DNA of 64,000 nt from Takakia lepidozioides (taxonomy: Eukaryota > Plantae > Bryophyta). The stretch is taken from positions 80,724,001-80,788,000 of the forward strand of contig CM060732.1 of NCBI GenBank assembly GCA_030704615.1, given 5' to 3'. The position numbers and the translations under genes are program-made. The notes under the pieces are model-generated. The model was not told where the DNA came from. It did not search any database and worked only from the letters and a program-made list of their open reading frames with translations. Positions 1-13,700 of the stretch are shown one piece after another (position 1 is the first letter of the stretch; each line of letters begins with the position of its first letter).

Positions 1-270
1 CTCTCTCGAGTTGAGCTGCGCGCGACCGAGCTCCTGCATCGTTAGAGTGTGCTTATGATGGGAGTGTAGGTTGTTGTGGGGTGGAGTCCCCATAGCTTGG
101 GGTGCCCCTGGCTCGACTGTTATTTTAAAGAGTGATGCTGTTGGATTCATGTTGTTTCTTGTGTGAACAGTGTGTCCTTAGCTTTCTTATCACTCGAGAG
201 AGATGAACGCTATCTAGTTTTCTAGTGCTAAGCTAGATACAATGTTTGTTTTAGCACTATTATAATATAT
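1..270 (+). repeat. Left arm of a long inverted repeat (partner at 3398-3841); truncated by the window start
   Basis: 1-270 aligns to the reverse complement of about 3400-3685, e.g. CATAGCTTGGGGTGCCCCTGGCTCGAC and AGCACTATTATAATATA, with scattered substitutions and indels. Confidence 0.9.
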
Positions 271-628
271 ATTGGGGCAGGAGTCCATTGGCCCTGCTGT
301 TGCCATGGGTATGCGCTTGTTGTTTCACACATTGCGTTGGTGGTGATGGTGTAGTCATCCCTGTTTGTGGTGGCGGGTGCGCGCAGGGGCCCTGGCAGCT
401 CTGGCCTGAGCGCTGGGGCAGGCTGAGCACCCAGTAGGCCAGTCGTGCCCAACTTGTGTGGTCATTTGTGTTGCAGCTCAAGAAGGGCCATTGGCTTGTA
501 GCCCATTCTGGCTTGCAAGCATATTGCTGGATTCACCGTGCCCTGTAGAGACTCGCTGCCAGCGTACAGGAAAGGTAGTCGGAGGAGGCAGTAGGTCGTG
601 GGCCTTCTCCACTTTTTCCTGAATGGGA

Positions 629-1128
629 NNNNNNNNNNNNNNNNNNNNNNNNNNNNNNNNNNNNNNNNNNNNNNNNNNNNNNNNNNNNNNNNNNNNNNNN
701 NNNNNNNNNNNNNNNNNNNNNNNNNNNNNNNNNNNNNNNNNNNNNNNNNNNNNNNNNNNNNNNNNNNNNNNNNNNNNNNNNNNNNNNNNNNNNNNNNNNN
801 NNNNNNNNNNNNNNNNNNNNNNNNNNNNNNNNNNNNNNNNNNNNNNNNNNNNNNNNNNNNNNNNNNNNNNNNNNNNNNNNNNNNNNNNNNNNNNNNNNNN
901 NNNNNNNNNNNNNNNNNNNNNNNNNNNNNNNNNNNNNNNNNNNNNNNNNNNNNNNNNNNNNNNNNNNNNNNNNNNNNNNNNNNNNNNNNNNNNNNNNNNN
1001 NNNNNNNNNNNNNNNNNNNNNNNNNNNNNNNNNNNNNNNNNNNNNNNNNNNNNNNNNNNNNNNNNNNNNNNNNNNNNNNNNNNNNNNNNNNNNNNNNNNN
1101 NNNNNNNNNNNNNNNNNNNNNNNNNNNN
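629..1128. other. Assembly gap (500 N)
   Basis: Run of N from 629 to 1128. The round number suggests a placeholder length. Confidence 0.99.
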
Positions 1129-3397
1129 GAGTACATCCCAGATTTATCTCTCATGTAGACCAGAACAGGTTCTAGAAACAGGATTGTGGATCTTTCATGG
1201 CACACTCACACTCTAAAAATTCCATAGATTTTTAGCAGAGTCCCAAAAACAAAAAACCAGGTCTAGATAGGTAGCTTTTCCCTTTCTGCAGCTATCCCCT
1301 CAAAAATTGAGTCAAACGGAGCTCATTTGACGAAGATATGACCAACCAGGCTCTTTAAACATAACACCTTTTTCTTTTCTTTCCCCTTTTTTTAAAAAAA
1401 ATAAGACAAAACAAATACAAAGAAAACTCTTTTTTCTTTTTCTTTTTTTTAAAATACTTGTCTTGCTTCCCTGTTCCCTGTTTATCTACGGGTTCCCGAG
1501 GCCGTTCCCCTCCAGGTCTATGCAAAATCAAGCTGGTGCGGACAATGCTCACGTACTGAGGCACTCAGGATTGAAGACCCAAAGTGCTTCTATCTCGTCT
1601 CACCAACAGCCGACGATACTGCCTGCAGCAGCTCTCACACCATCAGGCCCTGACCAGCAAAAGGTTCGCCCACATGCATATCCCCCTGTGTAATGTTCTC
1701 TACTCATGCTTGCAATCAACCAACTTCAAAGCGTCCAATGCCAAGCCTCGTTAAAGGGTCCAAAGCGCCTCGTTTATCTACAATGAAGGTGCACACCATG
1801 AACAGTAACGGGTTAGCTCCCCTCCAGAGACGTAACCGGCCTGAATAGAAGCAAGAAACCAATCCTCTTTGATTTGCTCTTCACAGAACAGGAGAAATCT
1901 GATCGCCGTAATGCATTGACACCACGACACGAGGCGTCGTCGAACGTCCTCCCTTTCTACTTTACAACCACAGCCGCTCCTTCACAGCAACGATGCACTC
2001 TCCTTACACAGCGCCGCTACACACTATCCTTTCCTCTACTGGCTTCACAGACATGCGTCTGCAATATTATTGCAAGATCTGCCACTCACGGTCGCAAAGA
2101 CTGAAAGTCTTGATACTACAACAGTGACATTGCCTGCACACAAGCCACAACCGCTCCTTCACATCGTACATGAGCAAAACCGCCGCACCTTGACACCTTC
2201 ATGCGAGAAACTCCAAGTGCATAAAAGCTTGGATAGGTTCATTCATGGGGAGTGCTTGCAAGTCACGGTGGACTCAATCTGAAGCCACACTATTGCAGGT
2301 TATGCCAGCATCATCCAGACCATCCCTGCATCTTGGATATGCATCCTCCAGCAGGTGCCGCTGCCTCCATTGCTCGACACTTGGGTTACATGCTCAGCCA
2401 GACCAGCAATGCCCTTGGCTGCTGCTAGCCCAGGCCTCAATGCTCCTCCAACGCTCTTAAAAGTATGACAAGGAGCTCCCATTCCGATTCCAAAAAGACA
2501 AGAGGCCACGACTTGCAGGATTTGGCACCTCACCTGGCAATAAACTTGCCGCTGGAATTGACGGGCCACTTACTCAACTCCCAAAGGGTACCCCAGTTGA
2601 TCCAGCATCAGGCCTATCAATTACTGCCCTCATAAAACCGCAGCTCTGCTCACGTCGTGCCAGTGTAACTGGCCTCGCCGTTATGCCCCAGGAAGTCGTA
2701 GCGGAACACGACGTGTTCACGTTAGTGACCAAGGGCCTGAATCAGCTCCAAGACGACCTCAAACCAAAAAACAAGGCCACGACTCACTAATGACAGAAAT
2801 CAACAAGCGACTAGCCGCTCAGGCCATCTCTATCAAGACAGATATCAAAGAGGATTGAGTGGCCATGGAAAATAGGGTCTCAATCAGCATGGCTGCCCGG
2901 CAGGAAGGACATCACACTGACCTCCTGTCGCTCCAGTATTCCATCACCAAGAATCTAGGTGCTAACTTAGCACTCTTCTACGAGCATGCAAATAAGGTAC
3001 TTGAAAAGCTACCCACCCCCCCCATGCAGGCTCAATCAACCCACAGGGCAAGGCACGGCCATTATCGCAGAGAATGCACACCCAAAGGCTCACCAGCCGC
3101 TGGCTCTACTTGAACTCCCATTCACTGCTGCCCCATTCGCTGCTCTCATTCATTGCAGCGGGCTCTATGGGGGCCCTAACATCACACCACCACCCATCGA
3201 CATATCCTCCACAGGCGGCGGCGCCCCTACAGTGGAAACACACCTCACCAATGCCAACAGGAATCTGGACATACCACCATTACTCTCTCTTCTACCTATA
3301 CCCCCCGAGTCCCACCATTGCGACTGAGGATGTGAGACAAACTCCAGCTAGCGCCATTCTATGCTCATTGCTTGAGCTGTGTACAAGACCATGACCA

Positions 3398-3841
3398 TCT
3401 ATATTATAATAGTGCTTAAAAAAAAAACAAAACATCATATCTAGTTTAGCACTGGAAAACTAGATAGAGCTCATCTCTCTCGAGTGATAAGAAAGCTTGG
3501 AAGGACACACACTCTCAACACAAGAAACAGGTTATCCATCAACATCACTCTTTGAAAACATAAGTCGAGCCAGGGGCACCCCAAGCTATGAGGACTCCAC
3601 CCCACAACAACCTGTACCCCTACATAAGCACACTCAAATCTAAACGCATGCAGGAGCTTGGTCGCGCAGGCTCAACTCGAGAGAGATGAGCCGCGCGACT
3701 GCCGCTCTCGTGAAGATAAGGCGGGTCAGGTGTCAAACTAAACTTGACACCTGATTTAACACTTGACATAAATCCAAGTGTTAAATACAAATAAGTAGCT
3801 TTATTCTAGCTAGTTTCACACTGTGCTTATTTAACTTGACA
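3398..3841 (-). repeat. Right arm of the long inverted repeat, ending ...CTTGACA (TGTCAAG on minus) at the junction with a Gypsy gag-pol copy
   Basis: Reverse-complement match to 1-270. At 3841/3842 the sequence switches abruptly into GTAGCTTCCTGCTCCTCATCC, which matches 18316 onward in the full-length Gypsy. Confidence 0.8.
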
Positions 3842-6800
3842 GTAGCTTCCTGCTCCTCATCCAGTCCTCCTCTCCAGTCATACTCTCTGACCCCTCGAGG
3901 TCTTCTCGTAGCAGGTAATCTACTAGATTTCTTTGTGGTGATTTGTATCTCGTGTATCCCATTATGCACGGTTAGTAACTGAGAATTCCAGTCATGGAAT
4001 ACCCTGGCCTGTTTCAGCCACGGACGTCCCAATAATAAGAAGTAAGCCTCCATGACTTCATCCATCTTCAACACAGTTACTGTGATCATAAAGATCATCT
4101 TCTGTATCTGTGTCTTAACTCCTCTTATTAATCCCAATGGCTGTACACTTATTTGATCTGCCATTGTTACTGTAAATGGGGCTGGTTTCATGTTACTTAG
4201 ACCAAGCTACTTTCTTAATTGGCCTGAGCCTCCATCTATCAGTACATCAGTTAGTTCTGTGCTTCCAATTCTCAATTGGATTACTGGCATAGAATCATCA
4301 AAGTCCATGACTGTTTCTCGCCCTTCCGGCTTCATATTATAATTGGTCACATTGCTGTTCAGGTCTGTGTTTCCTGTCTCCTGGGCAATTCGATTGATTG
4401 CTTGATACAGCCTGTGTCTACAATAAGGTGCCACAGCCAATAGCTGTCCAATGGTAATCTCTGCTTTGGTCTGGCATATTACTTCAGCCAAAGTCCCTTC
4501 ATTACTCTGCATGTCTGCATCTTCTTTCTTCCTTTCATCCTCACTCACTTCTTCTTCTCCATCAGAATCAGAGGAATCTGCCATAGGAATATCAGTACTC
4601 TTCTGCATTTCCCTTATGGTATCTGCCACTTCCTTGTGCAGTTCCATCTCATCTCTCCAAGCCTCATCATCTTCAGGCATATCACTGCCACCTTCATTAT
4701 CATCCTCTTCGTCAACTACGGGAGGTATTAGTTTGGCTTTGCTTCATGTTACTATCATTGTACTTACTTCTGGTACAACACATGGCCTAACCATGTGAGC
4801 TGCCACCACTGGGCCCTCATTCACAGGAGCTCTCATCTCATTCTGGTGTCTAATCCAGAATGAACAGGCTGCCTTGCGATGTCCTGGCTGATTACAATAG
4901 TAACATAGCTCTTCACCATTGGGTCCTCGCCCTTGGTCTGCTCTTGGATTATTTCTGTAATCCTGATTCCCGGGCTGGTAATTCCCCCTTGGATTACCCT
5001 GATAGTTGCCTCTGGAATTTCCTTGGTAATTCCCTCTTGAATTACCTCTCCCTTCCATGCCATTGTTATAACCACTAGACCTACCATAGTGGTCCTGATC
5101 ATTGTTTCTTCTTGGCTGGGGCTGCACCTGATGCACCCTTACTTGCCTAGGTTCTCTTGCAACTGTCCTTTTGTTGTAGTAACAATTCTCAGTAGAATGG
5201 TTATCCATTTTACAGATAGTACAGTGTTTCTCCTTCATGTGGCATTCTGTGGTGGTATGGCCTTCATTCTGGCACTTTGCACATCATACACCCTTCCTCC
5301 AATGTGTTGCAGCCTCTGTGGCATACTTCTTCAAGATTTCTTCCAATCTTTTCTCATAGTTATCCCTCCTCAACTTCTCCTTTCTCTTACTCTTCCTTTT
5401 TAGTTCTTGCTCTTCTTCTTCATCTGACTCATCCTCAGAGTCCTCATCATCCTTTTTTCTCTCCTGAGCATTCCCAATTGCTCAATTCTGTTTGCAGTTT
5501 CAAATGCCTCCTCCACTGTATTATGGGGTAACATATCCACTTTCTTTTGCAACTCTGGTCTTAGTCCACTCACAAACCAAGTCTTCTGTAAACCTGGTGC
5601 TGGTACTGCAGCCAGCTTTTTCATCATCAATTCCATCTTTTCCATATACTCCTCAACAGTTTCATGCTTCTTTTGCTTTAACTGTTGTAAACTTCCATAC
5701 ACTTCATCCTTAGTTTTACTTGTCCTGAACCTATTTCGGAATGCTGTATTCAAGCCATTCCAGGTTAGGAAATGATTATCAAGGAATCTTGCATACCATT
5801 CACTTGCTTTCTTGATAAGTGAACAAGGAAACAATCTCATCTTGGCATCATCGCCATTCTCATTGTTCACTATACACATGTGCTCAAATTGGCTAATGTG
5901 TACATCGGGATCCCCTTTTCCTGAATATATTTGAAAAGGTGGTTTTGCCCGTGTTGGTTGTAACGCCATCTGTGGCCCTACCTTCTGCCCACTGACAGGT
6001 GCTGGCACCCTTGCTGGTGCTGGTCAATCAGGACCTGTTGTTGTTGTGGTGGATCTTTCACCAAGTGGTGGCCCTTGAGCACTCCCTGCTACTGGCCCCA
6101 CGATATTCACAGTATTCCCAGCTTCAGTTGCACTACTTCCCACACTCCCTGTCCCCCAGAGCCAGATCCAGACAGCCCGCCTGATCCCCCTGAGCCGACA
6201 CCTTCGTTGGCCTGTGATCCAAGTGCTCCACTTGATCCAGGCCCAACGGGTTGGGATGTCCTGGTTGTAGTCTCAACCTCAGCTGTTGGGTCTACTTCTT
6301 CATACTCTTCCTCTTCCAATTTCTTCTCTCTGTTTTCATCCTCCAAGTTCTGCCCTTGGGTTTCTTCTTCACTCATGTAACTCAACTGCAATGGTGTTGG
6401 AGAGTCTGAATTCTCCGTTGGCTCTGCCACATCCTCTCCTCCTTCTTCACCTTCCGCTTCAGAAACTGGAGTTCCTGCTTTTGGTGTTCCATGCCAACTC
6501 TTATCAAAGATTTCTGTCAAATCTTTTATCCAGGGAATGTACCTCAGATCTTTCACCTCGTGATTGATCTTCTTCCCGTACCAATTCCCTTAATCTTTCT
6601 TGCAAAGAAAAGAAGGAGTGGCGTCCAACTCTAGTTCTTCCGGTATGGGTGATGTACTCTCTGATCTTAATGGTGTGAGAGGTCCAGATGATTCCCCTAT
6701 GTCTATTCCTCTCTCCCAAAGATATGGATAATTAGCTTTCAGATAGCTTTCTCTTTTTGCTGAATATCTCTGGCGTCTAGCTTCTCTTTCATCACTCATG

Positions 6801-7179
6801 TCCCATGTCTTTCATTTCTTTTAATGTGGCAATAACCAAAACTCTCTTCTGTAATATCTCTCGTATATGCCTGGGTTTCTTTCTAGCTTCAATGCACCCT
6901 TGGCTATACTAGAAGTCTCCGTTACCATATAACCATATGGCAAACAAGTCTGGAAAGTTGTTCTTGGTGTGAGTTTGATCCACAAAATATCCTTTGGAAT
7001 CCAATTCTTTACCAGTACAAGCTCTTCATGCATATGAGTATAAACATTCACCTTTCTTTCCTCCCAGCCTTCAAACTCTACTCGCTTAATGGATAGCAAT
7101 GCTATCACATAAACCAGTGTTGGTAACCAACGTGCTCTTCCTCTACAGGTCACCTGATAAATCTTTATCACTCCTTTCT
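3842..7179 (-). mobile_element. Truncated copy of the Ty3/Gypsy element (5' ORF, gag, protease), frameshifted
   Basis: Colinear with 18316-21672 of the full element. ORFs 5400-6008, 4744-5238, 4207-4680 and 3781-4191 match gag, the zinc knuckles and the protease (VLIDGGSG). No LTR, RT or integrase. Confidence 0.93.
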
Positions 7180-7190
7180 TCGCGAGCAAT

Positions 7191-8180
7191 GAATTTCGGC
7201 GCCGAAATTCAGCCGACTTCATCCCTCCAAATTCTTTTCAGGGTTTGAGCGCCGGATTTCGGCGCCGAAATTCATCCAATGCCCTCCCTCCAATATTTAT
7301 TTTTCTTTGAAATGGATCAATTTCGGCGCCGAAATTCATCCTTACTGTCCGCAATGAGTAACTCTAATATTATATTTTCTATGCGACGGATGAATTTCGG
7401 CACCGAAATTCGTCCAAACCCGGCACTTACTTTTTGCTTTTGGATGATAATTTTCCGTAAATCGTTGGAAATACCCCGTTCCGACGAATATAACAGGAAT
7501 ATTCTGCATTTAGTGGAGAAATCGGCATATTAAACCACTTCTGTCAAATTAATTGCATTTTAGCCGTTTTTTTCATTTGAAACCGACAGTATCCATTAAG
7601 TGGTCTTTTTCGCACGGGACGTTGCCGCACATAAAGTATAATTTCGGCGCCGAAATTATAGTTAAATGTCCACAAATGGCAAGTCCAACAGGCATGGACA
7701 GCATCCGTCAGGGGCAATGATGGCGGCAAAGCATAGCATTGTGCCGATTTAGTCTTCACTCTGGATGAATTTCGACGCCGAAATATGGATGATTTCACCT
7801 CGTCTACGGAGATATTCGTAATGAATTTCGGCGCCGAAATATGGATGAAATGTGCCCAAGTGCAGCCGTTTCCGTTGTCCCGGAATTAATTCCGGCTCCG
7901 ATATCCCACTGACAGGTTTGCTCATGACGAATGAGGACTTGGGAAGCGATGAATAGCGGCGCCGAAATTTGTAAGTTTGTGTATGAAAGCACTTGAATAG
8001 GATGAATTTCGGCGCCGAAATTCATCCGCCCGCTGATGAAACGTACCGACCTGACTGTTGAATTCATATGCAGGGGATTTTCATGGCGGTTGGGTTTCAT
8101 GATGTGCGGATATTTCATTCAATGCCGGCTGCTTCGGGAACAGCATCCGGTGAATGGAAGGTATTTCGGTGCCGCAATTC
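7191..8180. repeat. Left array of the palindrome (GA)ATTTCGGCGCCGAAAT(TC), about 11 copies
   Basis: Core hexamer starts at 7198, 7261, 7325, 7399, 7646, 7774, 7830, 7894 (degenerate), 7958, 8011 and 8168. GGATGAATTTCGGCGCCGAAATTCATCC at 8000-8027 is a perfect 28-bp palindrome. Confidence 0.95.
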
Positions 8181-9707
8181 GGATAAACCGTCTTACACTG
8201 GTGGCTGGAACTGGCACGCGTCGTGTTCCAGTCGACTTCATCCGTGTGAACGTGTCAGGGGTCACAATCTCTTCATCACCCATACGGCAGAAAGTGGTGG
8301 ACGGTGGCAACGCTTCGGGAGACGTGGCTGCTTACACATCTGCTCGTGCATAGTGCTTGCATGTTCCACCGCTTCGGTCTCTCGCTCCTTGCCTTTCTGC
8401 AGTGACATTCTCCTGCGTTTCCTCTCCTTATGCGGCATAGTGGTAGCATGAGTTTGTGGAAGGTCAGGCGACTCCGGCAAAGAGAAGGAGGACGCGGGAT
8501 TTTGGGAAGCCGCCGACGACACGACTTAAGCTCCGTCTCATGCATGAAATGCAGACCTCGTTATCCGGAGACTCGGATCGCCCACCAGTGAGAGATTCGT
8601 GCTTCGCGGATGTGAAGCACTCCATACGCAATATTCCTTTTACACCTTTTTTTGGCGTGCAGTGTCTCATGTTTCCTGTTTGTTTGACATGGGAGCTGGG
8701 GAGGGATCGCAGGGGGGCGAGGCAACACAGTCAACTTTGGATACTCCTGCCTGGGTGATGCGCTCACAAGGTGGAAGTGCATCGAGGCAGACGAGTCCTC
8801 ATTCAACACCTCAGATATCGCCTCCGAAAAGCCCACCTAGAGTTCGGAAGCCGAGAAAGCAGAAGGAGCCCATGGCTTCGCCAGTAAAACCCCTAGGGAG
8901 ACTGGAAGCGGAGATATTGGGTTTGCAGTCAATTTCAGAAAACACAGATGCGGTGGAGGCCGCTGGAGATGTGGGAGTCGGATCTGCAGAAGGGCGGCCC
9001 ATTCAACTGACAGAATGAGAGGACGATAACGTGGTACGACTTGGCGACGATCAGAACTGCTGGAGCTTGCGGAGGAGCAAAACCTCCAGGACAGTACACA
9101 GGCTGGTGAGAGGGGTGAGGGAAGTGACAGAGGTGATACAAGTAAGAAACTGGTGGCGGGTATGCTCATGAGCGCCGAGACATGAACATAGCAGCAAACA
9201 GGTTGCTGGCAGAGACTCATAGCAACATAGGCCGCGTTTTGGGCTCCATGGTGTATCCGGAGAACCTCAAAGTTCCTTTGTGTCGCATGGTAAACCTTCC
9301 AGTTGTAAGGCAAGCACTGCCAGGGGATATCGATCGACTGAAGCACAACTTCAGAGAAGGGTACAGACGGGGGTCGGCAGCATTCTACGTTTCCATTGAG
9401 AATGACCAGGGTGTCACAAGGGGCCCCACTGCCAGAGGAGCTTCAGAATTGGGCCCCCACTGGCACCTGTTAATGCCGAGTTTGAAGCCTATCTGAAGAC
9501 TAATCCCACATTCGCACACATGAAAGGGAAGATGTTCTTCGTTTGGGACGGGAACCGCAGGATGCTTGCCTGGACAGAGTACATTGCTGAAATGCATCCG
9601 CAAGATATCAGTTGGCATTACATGGTGGACTGCATTGTCGTGAAGGTGGACGTCAGGGACAGAGGACTGTTGAAGGGTGCCATGGCGGATATAAATCTGT
9701 AAGTATA

Positions 9708-10702
9708 TGTCGCGCGGCTTTTACTCACCCATCCCTTCGCTATCCGAGGCGGAAACTCCAAGATAGAAGAGTTGGAAATCTCTAAGTACTCAGCCCGCGC
9801 AGAACAATCAGTCATGACCTACAGCTAGTGTATCATGGGGGTGTTTCCTATTTGTTTCCCTTTTCGCATTCATCTTAGCTACCTTACCATTGATAATTAA
9901 GTATCAGTTTGCTTCATCAATCTATCGGTTTCCTTCACTCATCCATTCAATCCACAGCTTCACTCAGATCTCTCTACACAGTGTGATTGTATCGTATAAG
10001 TATCAGATTATGATTTATCAGGTATCAGGCCGAAGCCATTATGTCTCTAATCTGCTCTCCAATATCACTACAGCTTTGCATATAACAAGCATCTACTAAT
10101 CCTCTTATCTCCTTCATTGTGCTCTCCATCTCTCGCTTCCGATCTCCGCTCCAGCCTGACTCCGAAGTCCTCCTCCGAATGATGTCCCTCATCTTCCCGT
10201 TTCTCCCTTTATCTTCCTCTCCGCGGTTCTAACCGTTTCCCTTGCTAACCGTCGTCTGTGAACTAACATGTTCCCTTCGCAGGTGTTGTTCCCCACAGTC
10301 GTTCCCTGTCCTACTCTTCGTTCCCTATGATCGTGACGCTGTGTCAAGCTGTGACTGGCTGTGTGAAACTGTGACGGGCTGTGACTGGCTGTGCGACTGT
10401 GTTTGGCTGTGTCGGGCTGTGACTGGCTGTGTCGGCTGTGTCGGGCTGTGATTGGCTGTGTGGGCTGTGACGACTGTGACGGGTTGTGTTGGCTGTGACG
10501 ACTGTGACGGGCTGTGTGGGCTGTGTGGGCTGTGACGACTGTGACGGGCTGTGTTGGCTGTGTGGGCTGTGACGACTATGTAACCCCCCTCTACAGTGCG
10601 CTGCTGTCACCCCTAAGGCTCCTGTTGGTCTCAGTCTGTGCAAAATTAAGGGTACCCTACAGATCCCGTATAAGTGTCTAAGTCCCCTACAGTCCTCTAA
10701 CA
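9708..10702 (-). repeat. 3' LTR (995 bp)
   Basis: TGTCGCGCGG...CCTCTAACA. Near-identical to 21902-22803 except for a longer GGCTGTG-type tandem tract (about 10338-10575). Confidence 0.97.
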
Positions 10703-10719
10703 TTACCCCTTCCCCCCTC
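10703..10719 (-). promoter_or_regulatory. Polypurine tract
   Basis: GAGGGGGGAAGGGGTAA on minus, immediately before the 3' LTR. Confidence 0.9.
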
Positions 10720-10733
10720 AAAAAGCCGTGTCC

Positions 10734-13700
10734 TCACGGTTTACTGTTTCCGAGTAGCAAACCTTTGTGAGTGAGCACCTTGTTGACGTTGAGAGTTTCG
10801 TGGCGGCTGTGTGTACGAGCCCGAGGTCTGTCTCTGGTTGACGGAGATGGTTGATCACTACCTGGATAAGTGAGGCCCTCTGGAGGCTGATATCGAGGTA
10901 ATCTTTCCGGCATAGGAGATCCCCTTTGTTTCTTCTCTTCCATCTGAATTGCATAGTCTTCTCCCATGTCAAAAGAATTCTGTGAAGAAACAGTTGTATC
11001 AGAATCCTCATCGCCTCTCAGGTGTTTTAATTTTCGAACTTTTTGTGGAATCATCTGGGGCATACAATGCTGTCCTACCATGTCTGGAAGTTTGTATTTT
11101 ACAACTTGGTGTAACCGCTGAACAGCAAAATTGGTGTAGACACTGAGCTCCTTGTCTGTCCAGATGAGTGGGGTACCAATTACTGGTGCAGCGTGCAAGT
11201 ACTTCCATGCCACATGTCCTTTATAGAAAATGTCATCAAGTCCGAATTTCTGTGTTGACAATTGGTTGCAGGCTGCTTGAAACCATGAACGAATTTGAGA
11301 ATCCTTTTGCATCATAACTTTTGGGTCATATAGGTACATATGAGGTGGCACCGAAGGTAATACCCAATGATCTCCACTGGAATAACTTTGAAAGCGTGTT
11401 TGCATCTTTTGTTGCTCAATGTGGTAACGTACCAGAAAACAAGCAGCGTAGTATAGCCCGCACCCCATGACAATACTTGCTATCTCCTTGGTCTTGGTAT
11501 AAATGAGTCCATGTACAACCTGGAAAGCAATCAATTCCCTCAACATGGTACCTGCCTCGTGCCAGTATTGTGCAAAGTGATGATCTTCAATATGTCGATT
11601 GTTCGGAAGAACTTTAGTCCTAGTTGCCACTGGCAGCCAATACGCATGATTTGGTAGTAATGTGCGAATGACTGCGGAGGACTAAATTCTTTCCAAGCCA
11701 AATCCAACATGATGGGAATTTGGTTGAAGGGCATAATCATAGCCCTACTGTACTCCCTGGCAGCTGGAGTTTTAGGTGGGTTAAAAGCGGCATTGCCCCA
11801 TACCTCCGGCTGTGGTGGCTGTGGTGTGGTTGTAGTAACCACAGGTTCAGCTACTGGTACATGACCTGTTGTGGTGGTGGTGGTACTGGCTCCTGTATCA
11901 TTGGCATCTCCTGCACCTCCTGTGAAGACTGAAAAGCCAAAGTTCTGGCTTGTAAATAAGAAGCCATTAGCTGTTCCTGAGGGATATAGACTCTTTGGTC
12001 GATGTTTGAAGTGAGGTCTTCCACTTGAGTCTGCAGTCCGTCTACATCCTCTTGTAACTCTGCTATCCTACTATAGACATTGTCTATAGTAGTTGTGGCA
12101 ATGTTCTGCACCTGCAGCCTGAGCTCATTCATCTCGCTTTGGGTGAGCTTCCGTGGTGCTTTGCCCTCTACTGGCCCTTGTGCTAACCAGACCTGCATAA
12201 GGCTGTTATCCACCAAGTTGCTTGTGGTTCCCCTGAGAGTTTGCTCCTCTCTTAGCTTGTACAATTCCAACTGCTGTTGTAAAGCCTCCATGCGCTTCGC
12301 CTGAGGTTCAACCAATTGCGCATAAGCAGCAAGTAGATTATTGGCTTCCTTCCAAGCCTTGTTATTGACCGCGATTTCATTTCTATTGGCCATGATGGTT
12401 TGTTGCAACTCCACGATGTGCTTCTCTTGATCAGCTTCATTGCGACAGATGTCATTCTTCATATCGACAATGAGCTTCATTTGCTCAACATTCTCTTCTT
12501 CTGCCTTCGTACATTTTTCCGCTTGACTGTTTATTTCTTTTGTAGATTGGTCAAGCATAGTTGTGAATGTAGCACATTGTATCGCCATCCTGTTATGCAC
12601 TGTCTGCAACTCCGTATGTAGTGCATTCAGTTCTTGCAACTTGCTTTCATGCTGCACCTGCATTTGGTATAGCTGTTGCTTATGTGCTTCGTGCAACTGG
12701 TCTTGCGCGAGGCCTGCCTCAATCAATTGTTGCTTGGCCAATTGCAAAGCCATTTCTGTATTTCCAAGTCCTGCTTCATCTTGAGAGTGACCTCTTCATC
12801 GACCTTGTTTGCACACTCAGTGGCAAGTCGAGCCTCAAACTCCTTCCTGAGTTCCTCTTTCAAGGCTGTCAATTGGGTAATTGGAACATGGGATTTGACA
12901 TAAGTCCCCAACAAATTAAGTGTCCTGCCTATGGAACTCATCAGCATTGCCTGTTGAGGGTCATCATGAGGTTGCTGCTGTTCCTGCTCATCTTCAACAG
13001 TGTGATGTCTCACTAACCATTCAGGCCATTGTCCCACCGGATTTTCTTCCTGAACTACTTCATCTATCACCGGTGCTACAGTGTCATGACCTTCCGCCTG
13101 TGGTACCTCCGACACAGGTGTGTGTACCTCAGGATTCCCTTGGGCAACTGTTGCACCTCTGGGATTTCTGTCTCCTTGACCAGACCAGAATATTCATAGA
13201 GAAGGTCCCCCTTCTCTATTTCTGCCACTATCTGTTCTGTAGTTGGAATATCTAACCCTTCACTTTCCAAATCAATTATTTCTGGTTGAGCTGCATGGAT
13301 AACTTGTGACCTTGTGACAAGTCGTTCAGGTGGCTGTGATGGTTGTGATGCAGAAGTAACTTCCTCCTCCCTCTCTGAAGGTCCTGCTTCCAGTAATAAC
13401 ATTCCTTTGTGCTGCTGTGCCCCTTCCTGGTCATGAGCTTGGGAAACATTATCATGCGGAATCCGTGAAGCCAGTGGATCCGCCACTACAGTCTTTCCCC
13501 TTCTCTGCCTCTTAGTCTCGGGTTGTGCTGCTAGTCCACCCTCACTGTGTGAAGAGCCTTGCTCTTCCATTGCAGTTGTTTCTGGCTCAAACACTCCCAT
13601 TTCCTTCCTTTCTTGTGCATTAAGTATGCCAGAATTAAGGATTATTTGAGCAATGATTGGGCCAGACACTATGATAGGAGACTTTGCGGTAGTACCTTGT

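Noticed and set aside
462-1216. ORFs of 186-247 aa spanning 462-1216
   Set aside because: Artefacts of translating through the 500-N gap.
3398-3815. Helitron (A|TCTATATTATAATAG start, CTAG|T at ~3810)
   Set aside because: The partner copy lacks the TC start, there is no GC-rich hairpin just before the CTAG, and the junction with the Gypsy lies about 30 bp further on at TTGACA.
7191-8180. CRISPR array (palindromic repeat with unique spacers at ~64-bp period)
   Set aside because: The repeat core is only 14-20 bp and degenerate, the spacing is irregular, copies also sit in introns, there are no cas genes, and the context is eukaryotic.
8119-8545. Divergent small gene upstream of the ParB-like gene
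   Set aside because: Short overlapping ORFs with no recognisable motif or splice support.
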